From Solirubrobacterales bacterium (GTDB lineage: Bacteria > Actinomycetota > Thermoleophilia > Solirubrobacterales > 70-9): a DNA stretch of 64,000 nucleotides. The position numbers were made by a program, and so were the translations under genes. Below are positions 17,921 through 27,326 of this stretch, one piece after another; within the stretch, counting starts at the first letter, position 1; every line of letters starts with the position of its first letter. Below the pieces are notes generated by a model. The model was given only the letters and a program-made list of their open reading frames with translations. It searched no databases and was not told where the DNA came from. The DNA is taken from the NCBI GenBank assembly GCA_036276255.1, contig DASUPK010000050.1:26093-90092 (forward strand), in the 5' to 3' direction.

Positions 17921-18016
17921 ATGTCCGTAATGCAGCACCGCGCACACATCGCTTCACCCACGAGCCGCTTCGCGGCTCGCACGCGCGCGTATTTCTACTT
18001 TTGGCGATTTACCTAG
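17921..18016 (+). promoter_or_regulatory. candidate attenuator leader-peptide ORF rich in aromatic codons (MSVMQHRAHIASPTSRFAARTRAYFYFWRFT*)
   Basis: Hand translation: ATG 17921 (or in-frame ATG 17930) to TAG 18014-18016. Codons 17990-18010 read TAT TTC TAC TTT TGG CGA TTT. Lies in the 278-nt low-GC spacer directly upstream of DAHP synthase and is flanked by two near-identical hairpins. Confidence 0.5.
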
Positions 18017-18166
18017 GCGTCCGGCCCGCGGCTGCCATTAGCCGCTGACGCAGAAGCACCACTCGCCGGGCGCCGCTCCACCCGAAGTGGCGTGCAGGAA
18101 CGCCGCCGCGCGGTGATCCAGACCCCAAGGACCGTCGCCAGACCAGTAGAAAGAAGGAGCCTCAGG

Positions 18167-19261
18167 ATGAATTTCAAGATGAAGGAGCTACCGAGAAAGC
18201 AGTCGGACCGCGTCCGCGACCAGCGGATCGAGCGGGTCGTCGAGCTGGTCTCGCCGGCCGAGATCCTCGAGGACCTGCCGCTGGGGCCGAAGCGAGAGGA
18301 CGCCGTCGTCGGGCACCGCGCCGAGGTCAAGGCGGTCCTCGACCGGGAGGACGACCGCCTGATGGTCGTGGTCGGCCCGTGCAGCGTGCACGACCCCGAA
18401 GCGGCGATGGACTACGCGCAGCGGCTCAGCGCCCGGGCGGCCGACCTGCGCGACGACCTCTGCATCGCAATGCGCACCTACTTCGAGAAGCCCCGCACCA
18501 CGACGGGGTGGAAGGGCCTGATCAACGACCCGCACCTGGACGACTCGCGGGACGTCAACTACGGCCTGCACACTGCCCGTCGCCTGCTGCTCGAGGTCAC
18601 CGACCTCGGCCTGGCCGTTGGCTGCGAGTTCCTCGACCCGATCACCCCGCAGTACATCTCTGACGTGGTGGCCTGGGGCGCGATCGGCGCTCGCACCACC
18701 GAGAGCCAGATCCACCGCCAGCTCGCCTCCGGCCTCTCCATGCCCGTCGGCTTCAAGAACGGCACCGCCGGCAGCGTCAAGCTGGCCGTCGACGCCGTCC
18801 GCGCGGCCGCGGGGCCCCACGCCTTCGCGGGCGTGGACGTGAGCGGCACCCCGGCGATCCTCTACACGGAGGGCAATCCCGATTGCCACGTGATCCTGCG
18901 GGGCGGCAAGGGTGCCCCGAACTACGACGCCGAGAGCGTCGGCGGAGCTCTCGAGCAGCTCGCCGACGCCGGCCTGCAGGAGCGGATCGTCGTCGACGCC
19001 TCCCACGACAACAGTGGCAAGGACCACGAGCGCCAGCCGCAGGTGGTGAGCGAGATCGCCGATCAGATCGCCGGCGGCGATGGAGCCATCGTCGGAGTGA
19101 TGATGGAGTCGTTCCTCGTTGCCGGCCGCCAGGACCTCGAGTCCGATGGGGACCTGATCTACGGGCAGTCGATCACCGACGCCTGCATGGACTGGGACAC
19201 GACCGTTCTGACCCTGGACCGGCTCGCCTCGGCGGTGCGAAAGCGCCGCGAAGCCGGCTGA
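18167..19261 (+). CDS. aroG: 3-deoxy-7-phosphoheptulonate (DAHP) synthase, class I
   Basis: ATG 18167 is preceded by AAGGAG (7-nt spacer) within ORF 18092..19261. GPCSVHD, KPRTTTGWKGLINDP, GARTTESQIHR and ILRGG motifs. Confidence 0.92.
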   Translation: MNFKMKELPRKQSDRVRDQRIERVVELVSPAEILEDLPLGPKREDAVVGHRAEVKAVLDREDDRLMVVVGPCSVHDPEAAMDYAQRLSARAADLRDDLCIAMRTYFEKPRTTTGWKGLINDPHLDDSRDVNYGLHTARRLLLEVTDLGLAVGCEFLDPITPQYISDVVAWGAIGARTTESQIHRQLASGLSMPVGFKNGTAGSVKLAVDAVRAAAGPHAFAGVDVSGTPAILYTEGNPDCHVILRGGKGAPNYDAESVGGALEQLADAGLQERIVVDASHDNSGKDHERQPQVVSEIADQIAGGDGAIVGVMMESFLVAGRQDLESDGDLIYGQSITDACMDWDTTVLTLDRLASAVRKRREAG

Positions 19262-19275
19262 CCTAGGTTCTGCCC

Positions 19276-20352
19276 ATGAAGATCGCCGTCCTCGGCGTGG
19301 GGCTGATCGGTGGATCGATCGGGCTCGCCGCCCGCGCCAGACTCGACGCCGAGGTCGCCGGGTTCGATCCCGACCGGGAGCTGCTCGACCGGGCGACCGA
19401 GCTCGGGGCGATCGATGCGGCGCATGACTCGGTCGCGTCGGCCGTCCAAGGCGCGGAGCTGGTGTTCTGCGCCGCCCCGGTACTCGCCCTCCCCGGCCTA
19501 GCGGCAGAGGCGCTCGACGCATCCGGAGAGGATTGCGCCGTGACCGACGTGGGCTCGGTGAAGCGCGACGTGATCACCACTCTCGGATCCGACAGCCGCT
19601 TCATCGGCGGGCATCCGCTGGCGGGGGCGGAGACCTCCGGCGTGGAGAGCGCTCGGGCCGATCTCTTCGAGGGCGCCCGCTGGTACCTGACCCCGACTTC
19701 CACCACCGGCGGCGTGCTCTACGACCGCGTGCAGCGGGCCATCGCGGACATCGGGGCGCGCCCACAGGCGATCGAGGCGGAAACCCACGACCGCCTGATG
19801 GCGTCGATCAGCCACCTGCCTCACGTGGTGGCGAACGTCCTGGTGACGCAGGCGGCGACGGCGCTCAGCGAGGAGGCCGAGCACCTGCCGGAGGTGGGGC
19901 CGAGCTTCCGCGACGCCACCCGGGTCGCCGGGGCCAACCCCGCGATCTGGGGCGACATCTTCGCCGGGAACCGGGAGGCCGTCGCGGCCGAGATCGACGC
20001 CGCCGTGGCCCGGCTGACCGAGGCGGCCGAGCTGATCCGCTCGGGTGAGCGGGAGGCTGTCGCGAGCTGGCATGAGCAGGCCGGCCGCCACCGTCGGGAG
20101 CTGATCGAGGCCGAGATCGCCGGAGGGCCCCTCCATGAGCTGAGGGTGCTGGTGCCGAACCGCCCGGGGATCGTGGCCGAGATCGCGCTGGAGCTCGGCC
20201 GCGCGGGCGTCAACATCGAGGACATGGCTCTCTATCCCGCAGCGGACATGACCTCCGGCGCGGTCTCGCTCTACGTCGCAGGCGAGGAGGAGACCGAGCG
20301 GGCAGAGCGCCTGGTGCGCGAGCTCGGCCACGACGTCTCGCGCGCGGAATGA
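19276..20352 (+). CDS. tyrA: prephenate dehydrogenase with C-terminal ACT domain
   Basis: 358 aa. Rossmann motif IAVLGVGLIGGS, plus GGHPLAG and SHLPH. The C-terminal ~70 aa is ACT-like (LRVLVPNRPGIVAEIALELG). Confidence 0.9.
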   Translation: MKIAVLGVGLIGGSIGLAARARLDAEVAGFDPDRELLDRATELGAIDAAHDSVASAVQGAELVFCAAPVLALPGLAAEALDASGEDCAVTDVGSVKRDVITTLGSDSRFIGGHPLAGAETSGVESARADLFEGARWYLTPTSTTGGVLYDRVQRAIADIGARPQAIEAETHDRLMASISHLPHVVANVLVTQAATALSEEAEHLPEVGPSFRDATRVAGANPAIWGDIFAGNREAVAAEIDAAVARLTEAAELIRSGEREAVASWHEQAGRHRRELIEAEIAGGPLHELRVLVPNRPGIVAEIALELGRAGVNIEDMALYPAADMTSGAVSLYVAGEEETERAERLVRELGHDVSRAE

Positions 20353-21671
20353 CGCGGTTCGATCCCGCCGGCCCACTGCGCGGCGAGCTGCGCCCGCCGC
20401 CTGACAAGTCGGTCACCCACCGCGCGGCGCTGATCGGCGCGATGGCGGATGGCCCGACCCGCGTCACCGGTTACCTCGACTCCGAGGACACCCGGGCGAC
20501 GCTGCGGGCGGTCGCCGCCGTCGGCGCCGAGGTTCGCGAGGGCGACGCGGACGATCACGGAGGGTTCTTCGTCGAGATCGAGGGAGTCGGCCTGAGCGGA
20601 GCGCGTCCGGGCGCGATCGACGTCGGCAACGCCGGCACGCTGCTTCGGATCATGCCCGGATGGCTCGCGGGCCAGCCGGAGGGCGAGTGGACCTTCGACG
20701 GCGACGATTCGATCCGGCGGCGTCCGGTCGATCGGATAGCCGACCCTCTGCGGCTGATGGGCGCGGATGTCGAGTGCCGCGACGGGCGCCTCCCACCGCT
20801 GCGAGTGCGCGGTACGCGTCTCCGCGGCATCGACTACGAGATGCCGATCGCAAGCGCCCAGGTGAAGTCCTGCCTGTTGCTGGCCGGGCTGCTGGCGGAG
20901 GGTGAGACGGCCATCCACGAGCCGATCGGAACCCGGGACCACACGGAGCGGATGCTGGCCGCGATGGGCGCTTCCCTGCGCCGCGAGGGCCACGTCCTGA
21001 TCATCTCCCCGTCCGAGCGCCTGGAGGCGGGGGACGTTCCGGTGCCGGGAGATTTCTCCTCGGCTGCCTTCTTCGTCGCCGGCGCGCTGCTGGTGCCGGG
21101 CAGCGAGGTCGCGCTGCGCGAGGTCGGGATCAACCGCAACCGGATCGGGCTGCTCTCGATCCTCTCCCGCATGGGGGTTGAGATGGGCGGAGCGCACGAG
21201 GACGGAAGGGCGATGACGGTGGACGAGATCCGTGAGCCGGGCCCTGAGCCGATTGCGACCCTGCACGTGCGGGGCGCGTCGCTGCATGGGGCCGAGGTGA
21301 CGGCGGCCGACGTCCCGGCGGCGATCGACGAGCTTCCGCTGCTCGCCCTGCTCGCATGCTTCGCAGAGGGGGAGACGGTCGTCGGGGGCGCGCAGGAGCT
21401 GCGGGCGAAGGAGTCCGATCGGATCAGCGGGGTGGTCGAGGGGCTGTCGGGGCTCGGCGCCGACATCGAGGCGCGCCCGGACGGGTTCGCGGTCCGCGGG
21501 ACCGGTGGCCTGCGGGGCGGCACGATCGACGCCCGGGGCGATCACCGCCTTGCGATGGTCGGCGCGATCGCGGGCTTGGCGTCCGAGGATGGTGTCGAGG
21601 TGGACGGCTTCGATGCCGTCGCGGTCAGCTATCCGCGCTTCGAGCGCGACCTGAGGGCGCTACTCGCCTGA
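20349..21671 (+). CDS. aroA: 3-phosphoshikimate 1-carboxyvinyltransferase (EPSP synthase)
   Basis: 440 aa. PPDKSVTHRA, LDSEDTRATL, LRAKESDR, DHRLAM. ATGA overlap with tyrA. Confidence 0.95.
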   Translation: MTRFDPAGPLRGELRPPPDKSVTHRAALIGAMADGPTRVTGYLDSEDTRATLRAVAAVGAEVREGDADDHGGFFVEIEGVGLSGARPGAIDVGNAGTLLRIMPGWLAGQPEGEWTFDGDDSIRRRPVDRIADPLRLMGADVECRDGRLPPLRVRGTRLRGIDYEMPIASAQVKSCLLLAGLLAEGETAIHEPIGTRDHTERMLAAMGASLRREGHVLIISPSERLEAGDVPVPGDFSSAAFFVAGALLVPGSEVALREVGINRNRIGLLSILSRMGVEMGGAHEDGRAMTVDEIREPGPEPIATLHVRGASLHGAEVTAADVPAAIDELPLLALLACFAEGETVVGGAQELRAKESDRISGVVEGLSGLGADIEARPDGFAVRGTGGLRGGTIDARGDHRLAMVGAIAGLASEDGVEVDGFDAVAVSYPRFERDLRALLA

Positions 21672-21974
21672 GGGCTGCTGGGACGGGTGCCCGTCGCCCG
21701 GCCAGGGGGAGAGCACGAGCAGGATCCGCGAGTCCTCGACCGCCTGCACCTCATGGCGCTCCCTGGGATCGAAAATCGCCAGCAGGCCGGGTCCACCCGC
21801 AGCCGAGTCGCCGTCGGGAGTGTCGAGCACGACGTTCCCGTCGATGACGAGGAGCCAGGCCCGCTCGTGGACCTGGTGCTCCTGGAGCTGCTCGCCCTTG
21901 GGCAGGTTGATGACGATCGCCCGGCCCTCGGACTCGGAGTCGAGGACCTGCGGCTGGCGCGGTTCCACTTGCAT
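21660..21974 (-). CDS. cupin domain protein
   Basis: ATG 21974 within ORF 21660..22100. The beta-barrel segment LPKGEQLQEHQVHERAWLLVIDGNVVL...ERHEVQA resembles a cupin_2 fold. The 3' end overlaps the aroA 3' end by 12 nt (convergent). Start uncertain. Confidence 0.6.
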   Translation of the reverse strand: MQVEPRQPQVLDSESEGRAIVINLPKGEQLQEHQVHERAWLLVIDGNVVLDTPDGDSAAGGPGLLAIFDPRERHEVQAVEDSRILLVLSPWPGDGHPSQQPSGE

Positions 21975-22057
21975 TTCGTTGAGGTTCCAACTCTCCACGT
22001 CAAGCGGCACTCTATATCCGCGCCGGGTCCAGGGGAAACCGTACGCTGGCGAGCACG

Positions 22058-22696
22058 ATGGTGATCGCGATCGACGGCCCCGCCGGGGCCGGCAAGTCAA
22101 CCGTGGCCAGGGGCGTCGCCAGGGCGCTTGGATTCACCTACCTCGACTCCGGGGCGATGTACCGCTGCGTGGCCCTCGCTGCGCTCGATGGGCACGTGGA
22201 CCTCGGTGACGGGGAGGCGCTGGGCGAGATGGCCTGGGGCCTGGCAATCGGATTCGATGGCGACACCATCCAGCTCGACGGCAAGCCGGTCGAAGGCCGC
22301 ATCCGGACTCCCGAGGTGACGGTCGCCTCCTCGAAGGTGTCAGTGCACCCGCAGGTGCGCCAGGCGATGGTGAAGCGCCAACGCGAGCTGATCGCGGCCG
22401 GGAACTACGTCGCCGAGGGCCGGGACATCGGCACCGTGGTCAGCCCGGACTCGCCCCTGAAGGTCTTTTTGACCGCGAGCGAAGAGGAGCGCGCGCGGCG
22501 GCGCGCGGCCGAGACGGGCGCGTCCGTGGACGAGGTCCGGGAGGCGATCGAGGACAGGGACCGTCGCGATCGCGGCCGCGAGTACGGCGCTCTCCGCGCC
22601 GCTGACGACTCGGTCGCGCTCGATACCACGGATCTCACACCCGAGCAGGTCGTCGAGCGGATCGCCACGCTCGCCCGGGAGCGGGGAATCGCCTGA
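22058..22696 (+). CDS. cmk: cytidylate kinase
   Basis: 212 aa. [13 protein letters not shown] and YLDSGAMYR motifs. Confidence 0.93.
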   Translation: MVIAIDGPAGAGKSTVARGVARALGFTYLDSGAMYRCVALAALDGHVDLGDGEALGEMAWGLAIGFDGDTIQLDGKPVEGRIRTPEVTVASSKVSVHPQVRQAMVKRQRELIAAGNYVAEGRDIGTVVSPDSPLKVFLTASEEERARRRAAETGASVDEVREAIEDRDRRDRGREYGALRAADDSVALDTTDLTPEQVVERIATLARERGIA

Positions 22697-24072
22697 TGGA
22701 GGCCGGACCCGCCGCCCAGATGCTGCGCGGCCGGCCCTCGGTCGCGGTGGTCGGCTTCCCGAACGCGGGCAAGAGCACGCTGATCAACCGCCTCGCCGGC
22801 GGCCGCGAGGCGGTCACCGACGCAGAGCCCGGCGTGACCCGAGATCGCCGTGCGCTCCCCTGCGAGTGGAACGGGCTCAGCTTCGACCTGATCGACACTG
22901 GCGGCGTTGACCTCGCGGACTCCGCCAAGCTGGCTCGCTCGGTCCAGGCCCAGGCGAAGGTCGCGATCGAGGACGCTGATGTCGTCCTTCTCGTGGCAGA
23001 CGCTCGGGCCGGGCTCGGCCCGGGGGATGCGGAGCTCGCCGACCTCCTCCGCCGCTCCGGCCGGCCGGTGCTGGTGGCAGCCAACAAGATCGATCGCCCG
23101 GAGGACGAGGCGCTCGGCGCCGAGCTCAACTCCCTCGGCCTGGGTGTGCCCTTCCCGGTCTCCGCCGGCCACGGCCTGGGGACCGGCGACCTCCTGGACC
23201 GGCTGGTCGAGGAGCTTCGCCGGCATTCGGTGGTGGAGGTCGACGACGATGACGAGCAACCGCCCCGCATCACGATCCTCGGCCGCCCGAACGTCGGCAA
23301 GTCGTCGCTGCTCAACTCTCTGCTTGGCTCCGAGCGCGTCATCGTTAACGAGGCCGCTGGGACCACGCGTGACCCGGTCGACACCGAAGCGGAGGTGGCG
23401 GGCAAACGCGTCGTCCTGGTCGACACGGCCGGCCTGCGGCGCAGGGCCAAGGTGGCGGGGACGGTCGACTACTACGCCCAGTTGCGCTCCGAGCGAGCGG
23501 CGGAGCGCTCGGACGCCGCGATCGTGGTCTGCGACGCGACCGAGGGCGTGACCTCCGAGGACCTGCGCGTCGCCGAGCTGTCGATGCGATCGGGCTGCGC
23601 GACCGTGCTTGCCCTCAACAAGTGGGACGTCTCGCGTACGGACATCGACGACGCTCGCGCCCGCGTCGCCCAGAAGAACCGCTTGCGCCCGCCGGTCCTC
23701 ACCTGCTCGGCGCACACTGGGCGTGGGGTGGGAGCGGTGCTGCGGCAGGCGATCGTCCTGGCCGAGCGCTCGGCCGACCGAATCCCGACGCCGGAGCTCA
23801 ACAAGTTCATCGCGACCGTGGTCGGGAACCGGCCGCCGCCACAGCGTCACGGACGCAGGCTCCGGCTCTACTACGGGGCCCAGGTCGGCAGGCGGCCGCC
23901 GCGCTTCGCGATCCAGGTGAACGACCGCCGGCTGATCACGCGCGACTGGGCCTTCCATTTGGAGAACCGGTTGCGCGCGGCTTACTCCCTCGAGGGCGTC
24001 CCGCTGGTGATCGACTACGTGCCTCGCAAGGGGAGGCGGAACCGGAGCGGGGAGCGGGCGGGCCGGGTATAA
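22696..24072 (+). CDS. der: ribosome biogenesis GTPase Der (EngA)
   Basis: 458 aa. Two G domains (GFPNAGKST...DTGG; GRPNVGKSS...DTAG...NKWD) plus a KH-like C-terminus. Confidence 0.95.
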   Translation: MEAGPAAQMLRGRPSVAVVGFPNAGKSTLINRLAGGREAVTDAEPGVTRDRRALPCEWNGLSFDLIDTGGVDLADSAKLARSVQAQAKVAIEDADVVLLVADARAGLGPGDAELADLLRRSGRPVLVAANKIDRPEDEALGAELNSLGLGVPFPVSAGHGLGTGDLLDRLVEELRRHSVVEVDDDDEQPPRITILGRPNVGKSSLLNSLLGSERVIVNEAAGTTRDPVDTEAEVAGKRVVLVDTAGLRRRAKVAGTVDYYAQLRSERAAERSDAAIVVCDATEGVTSEDLRVAELSMRSGCATVLALNKWDVSRTDIDDARARVAQKNRLRPPVLTCSAHTGRGVGAVLRQAIVLAERSADRIPTPELNKFIATVVGNRPPPQRHGRRLRLYYGAQVGRRPPRFAIQVNDRRLITRDWAFHLENRLRAAYSLEGVPLVIDYVPRKGRRNRSGERAGRV

Positions 24073-24082
24073 CCGGCGGTTC

Positions 24083-26002
24083 GTGAGTGCCGACGAACCC
24101 GGCGACTCCGAGGGCAAGAAGGCCTCCGGAGAGACCGGTGACAAGAGCAAGGAGGGGAAGAAGCACAAGCCCGCGCGCTTTCGGCGCCGTGTCAGCCTGC
24201 CCCGGCCGAGAATTTCCAAACCGAGCCTCTCGAAGCCGAAGGTCCCGGACGGGGCGGGCGACCTCTGGTTCCGGTTCGTCACCCGCCTGCGGGCCGTCGC
24301 CTACTGGCTCAGGGAAAAGGCCCAGGTCGCCTGGCGCTGGATCAAGCAGGCGGCTGCCGCAGTGGCCTACTGGTGGTCGAGGCGCTCCCGCGGGACCAGA
24401 ATCCGGATCTTCGCCGTCGCCGGCGTCGTCGTGCTCTACCTGATCCTCAAGTTCCTGCCGGTTCCCGGCGTCCCCTGCGAGATCTCGGCAGCGAAGGAGT
24501 GTGCGCCCTCCAACGACACGATCGCCTACGTGCCCAGGGACGCCCTGCTCTATGCGCACCTGACGGTGAACAGCTCGAGCCACCAGTGGGATTTGGCGGG
24601 CGACCTGCATGACCAGCTACCCAACTTCGCCGCGCTGCTGCAGAGCGACACCAGCTCTCTCGCCATCCCCGCTGGCCGGGCGGTGGACCTGGGGCACGAG
24701 GTCCTGCCGTGGGCGAAGGACGACCTCGCCCTGATCGGAGTCCCCGGCCCGAAGAGGACGACGGCCGATGCCTACGTCGTCGGCGTGGGGGACAGCGGCG
24801 AGGCCGACCAATTCCTCACGAGCCTCTCTCCGGGCGGCAAGCCCAAGCAGGCGAAGGTGGGCGACGCGACCCTCAGCGTGTACCCGACCGGGCTAGCCAC
24901 CGCGCGCTCGGGCGGCGAGGCCCTGTTCGGAGACGTGCTGGCGGTTCGCGGCGCGCTCGCCGCCGAGTCGGGCCAGGCGCCGAGGCTGGAGGGTTCCGAC
25001 CAGGACGCCGCCCGGTCCGAGCTCCCGGACGTCCGGCTGGCCGAGCTCTATCTCTCCCGGGCAGGAATCAGCCGGCTGCTCGCCGGGCGCCCCGGCAGCG
25101 CAACCCAGCTGGGTACCTTCGTCGACTACGGCGCCACGACCGGCATGGCCGCCTCGCTGCGAGCCCGCGACGACGGGGTGGAGGTGAACCTGGTCAGCGA
25201 CCTCGATCCCAAGCTCGAGCAGCGGAGTCCGACGGTGTTCGCGAGCCTCCCGCGGTTCGAGCCGAGCCTGGCCGATGAGGCCGGATCGGATGCTCTCGGG
25301 TACGTCGGTGTCGGCGACCTCGGCCCGGCGGTGGCCAAGGCTCTGGAGACCGCCGGTGACGGGGCGCGGGGCCTGGCGGGGTCGCTCCGGACCCTGGGGC
25401 GGACCCTGCGCCAGCAGGCGGGGGTCGATCCATTCCGGGACCTGCTGCCGGCGCTGGGAGGCGAGGCGGCGCTGGTCGCCGAGCCGACGGGCACCGTTCC
25501 CTACGCGAGCCTGATCGTCGACGGAGTGGATGAGAACAAGGCGGGCGATGCGCTCGCGTCGCTGCAGCAGCCGATCCTGAAGGCCGCAACCGCCCGTGGC
25601 CAGCAGCAGGTGCCCTCGTTCCAGTCGAAGGAGATCGACGGGGTGGCGGTCCACTCGGTGCAGATCTCGCCGGCGGTCGACCTCTCCTACGCGATCTTCG
25701 ACGGCAAGCTGGTGATCTCGACGCAGCCCGAGGGCATCTCGCAGGTGCGATCGAGCGGCGACGACCTGGGCGGGACCGGCGCGTACCAGGCGGCGACGGA
25801 CCGACTCCCGGACAGTGTGTCGGCGCTAGTCTTCCTCAACCTCAATGAGGTGTTGGGGTTGGCCCAGCGGGCCGGCCTGGCAGAGGATCCACTGTATGCC
25901 TCGCTCAGCGAAGACATCTCGCACGTTCAATCTCTCGGCCTCGCCGTGAGAGGGAGCGACGAGCAGCTTCGCTCAGAGCTCTTCCTGGCCATCCACCACT
26001 GA
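24083..26002 (+). CDS. hypothetical membrane-anchored protein (Lys-rich N-terminus, one TM, large extracytoplasmic domain; possibly DUF3352-like)
   Basis: 639 aa. High GC3 throughout. Basic disordered N-terminus, TM helix [17 protein letters not shown], then ~500 aa with no motif I can assign. The DUF3352 resemblance is from memory only. Confidence 0.6.
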   Translation: MSADEPGDSEGKKASGETGDKSKEGKKHKPARFRRRVSLPRPRISKPSLSKPKVPDGAGDLWFRFVTRLRAVAYWLREKAQVAWRWIKQAAAAVAYWWSRRSRGTRIRIFAVAGVVVLYLILKFLPVPGVPCEISAAKECAPSNDTIAYVPRDALLYAHLTVNSSSHQWDLAGDLHDQLPNFAALLQSDTSSLAIPAGRAVDLGHEVLPWAKDDLALIGVPGPKRTTADAYVVGVGDSGEADQFLTSLSPGGKPKQAKVGDATLSVYPTGLATARSGGEALFGDVLAVRGALAAESGQAPRLEGSDQDAARSELPDVRLAELYLSRAGISRLLAGRPGSATQLGTFVDYGATTGMAASLRARDDGVEVNLVSDLDPKLEQRSPTVFASLPRFEPSLADEAGSDALGYVGVGDLGPAVAKALETAGDGARGLAGSLRTLGRTLRQQAGVDPFRDLLPALGGEAALVAEPTGTVPYASLIVDGVDENKAGDALASLQQPILKAATARGQQQVPSFQSKEIDGVAVHSVQISPAVDLSYAIFDGKLVISTQPEGISQVRSSGDDLGGTGAYQAATDRLPDSVSALVFLNLNEVLGLAQRAGLAEDPLYASLSEDISHVQSLGLAVRGSDEQLRSELFLAIHH

Positions 26003-26012
26003 GATAAGGACC

Positions 26013-27269
26013 ATGCAACAGCTTTCAGAGAACGAGTTCCTGTTCACCTCCGAATCCGTCACCGAGGGCCATCCGGACAAGGTCTGCGACCAGATCTCCG
26101 ACGGCGTCCTCGACGCCGTGATGGCCGAAGACCCCACCGGGCGGGTGGCCTGCGAGTGCCTGGTCAACACCGGGCTCGTGGTGGTCTCCGGCGAGATCAC
26201 GACCGAGACCTACGTGGACATCCCCTCGATCGCGCGCGAGACGATCCGCAAGATCGGCTACGACGATCCCCGCTACGGCTTCGACCACAAGGCCTGTGCA
26301 GTGCTCACCGCCATCGACGAGCAGTCGCCCGACATCGCTCAGGGTGTGGACAAGGGTCTCGAACAGCGCGAGGGCGACAGCTCCGACGAATTGGACTCGG
26401 CCGGCGCGGGCGACCAGGGGATGATGTTCGGCTACGCCAGCCGTGAGACGAAGGCGCTGATGCCGATGCCGATCCAGATCGCGCACCAGCTGGCCCGTCA
26501 GCTCGCCGAGGTCCGCAAGGCCGGCGTGGTCCCGTACCTCGGCCCGGACGGCAAGACCCAGGTCACCATCCGCTACGAGAACGACCGGCCCGCCGAGATC
26601 TCCAAGGTCCTGATCTCCACGCAGCATCGCGAGGAGGCCGGTGAGCAGATGATCCGCAACGACCTCTGGGAGCACGTGCTCGAGCCCGTGCTGCATACGG
26701 AGTACAAGGAGCTCTACACCGAGAAGGAGCTGCTCGCCAGCTTCCTTGTCAACCCGACCGGCAAGTTCGTGATCGGCGGCCCGGTCGGCGACGCCGGCCT
26801 TACGGGCCGGAAGATCATCGTCGACACCTACGGAGGCGCCGCCCGGCATGGCGGAGGCGCGTTCTCGGGCAAGGACCCGTCGAAGGTCGACCGCTCGGCC
26901 GCATACGCGGCTCGCTACGTGGCCAAGAACATCGTCGCCGCGGGCCTCGCAGACCGCTGCGAGATCCAGGTCGCCTACGCGATCGGCGTCGCGAGCCCGG
27001 TCTCGGTGATGGCGCAGACCTTCGGTACCGGGAAGGTCTCGGACTCCGAGATCGCCCGCCTCGTGCAGGAGAACTTCGACCTGCGTCCGGCCGCGTTCCG
27101 CCGCTACCTGGACCTGCACCGCCCGATCTTCCAGAAGACGGCGGCCTACGGCCACTTCGGCCGTGACGACTCCGACTTCACCTGGGAGCGGACGGACCGC
27201 GCGGACACGCTGCGCGAGGCCGCCGGCCTAGCGGCCGACAGGCCGGTCACTTCCGGAGCGGAGGCGTAA
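26013..27269 (+). CDS. metK: S-adenosylmethionine synthase (with 12-aa C-terminal extension read from a repeat element)
   Basis: 418 aa. [29 protein letters not shown]. The tail after ...EAAGL is encoded by repeat copy D. Confidence 0.96.
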   Translation: MQQLSENEFLFTSESVTEGHPDKVCDQISDGVLDAVMAEDPTGRVACECLVNTGLVVVSGEITTETYVDIPSIARETIRKIGYDDPRYGFDHKACAVLTAIDEQSPDIAQGVDKGLEQREGDSSDELDSAGAGDQGMMFGYASRETKALMPMPIQIAHQLARQLAEVRKAGVVPYLGPDGKTQVTIRYENDRPAEISKVLISTQHREEAGEQMIRNDLWEHVLEPVLHTEYKELYTEKELLASFLVNPTGKFVIGGPVGDAGLTGRKIIVDTYGGAARHGGGAFSGKDPSKVDRSAAYAARYVAKNIVAAGLADRCEIQVAYAIGVASPVSVMAQTFGTGKVSDSEIARLVQENFDLRPAAFRRYLDLHRPIFQKTAAYGHFGRDDSDFTWERTDRADTLREAAGLAADRPVTSGAEA

Positions 27270-27326
27270 GCCGAAGCGACTTGCGAGGGTCCGGCCGATT
27301 CGGCCGCGCCTGGTGGCGAAGCCGTC
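27228..27326 (+). repeat. interspersed structured repeat, copy D (full length, most diverged)
   Basis: CTAGCGGCCGACAGG...GCGGAGGCGTAAGCCGAAGCGACTTGCGAGGGTCCGGCCGATTCGGCCGCGCCTGGTGGCGAAGCCGTC. Aligns along its length with copy B (40340-40446). The 5' part lies inside the metK coding sequence. Confidence 0.7.

Noticed and set aside
17961-17979. The hairpin CGAGCCGC-ttc-GCGGCTCG as a simple rho-independent terminator of hisC.
   Set aside because: The T-rich stretch begins ~11 nt after the stem rather than directly following it. That stretch is better explained as the TAT TTC TAC TTT codon run of the leader ORF.
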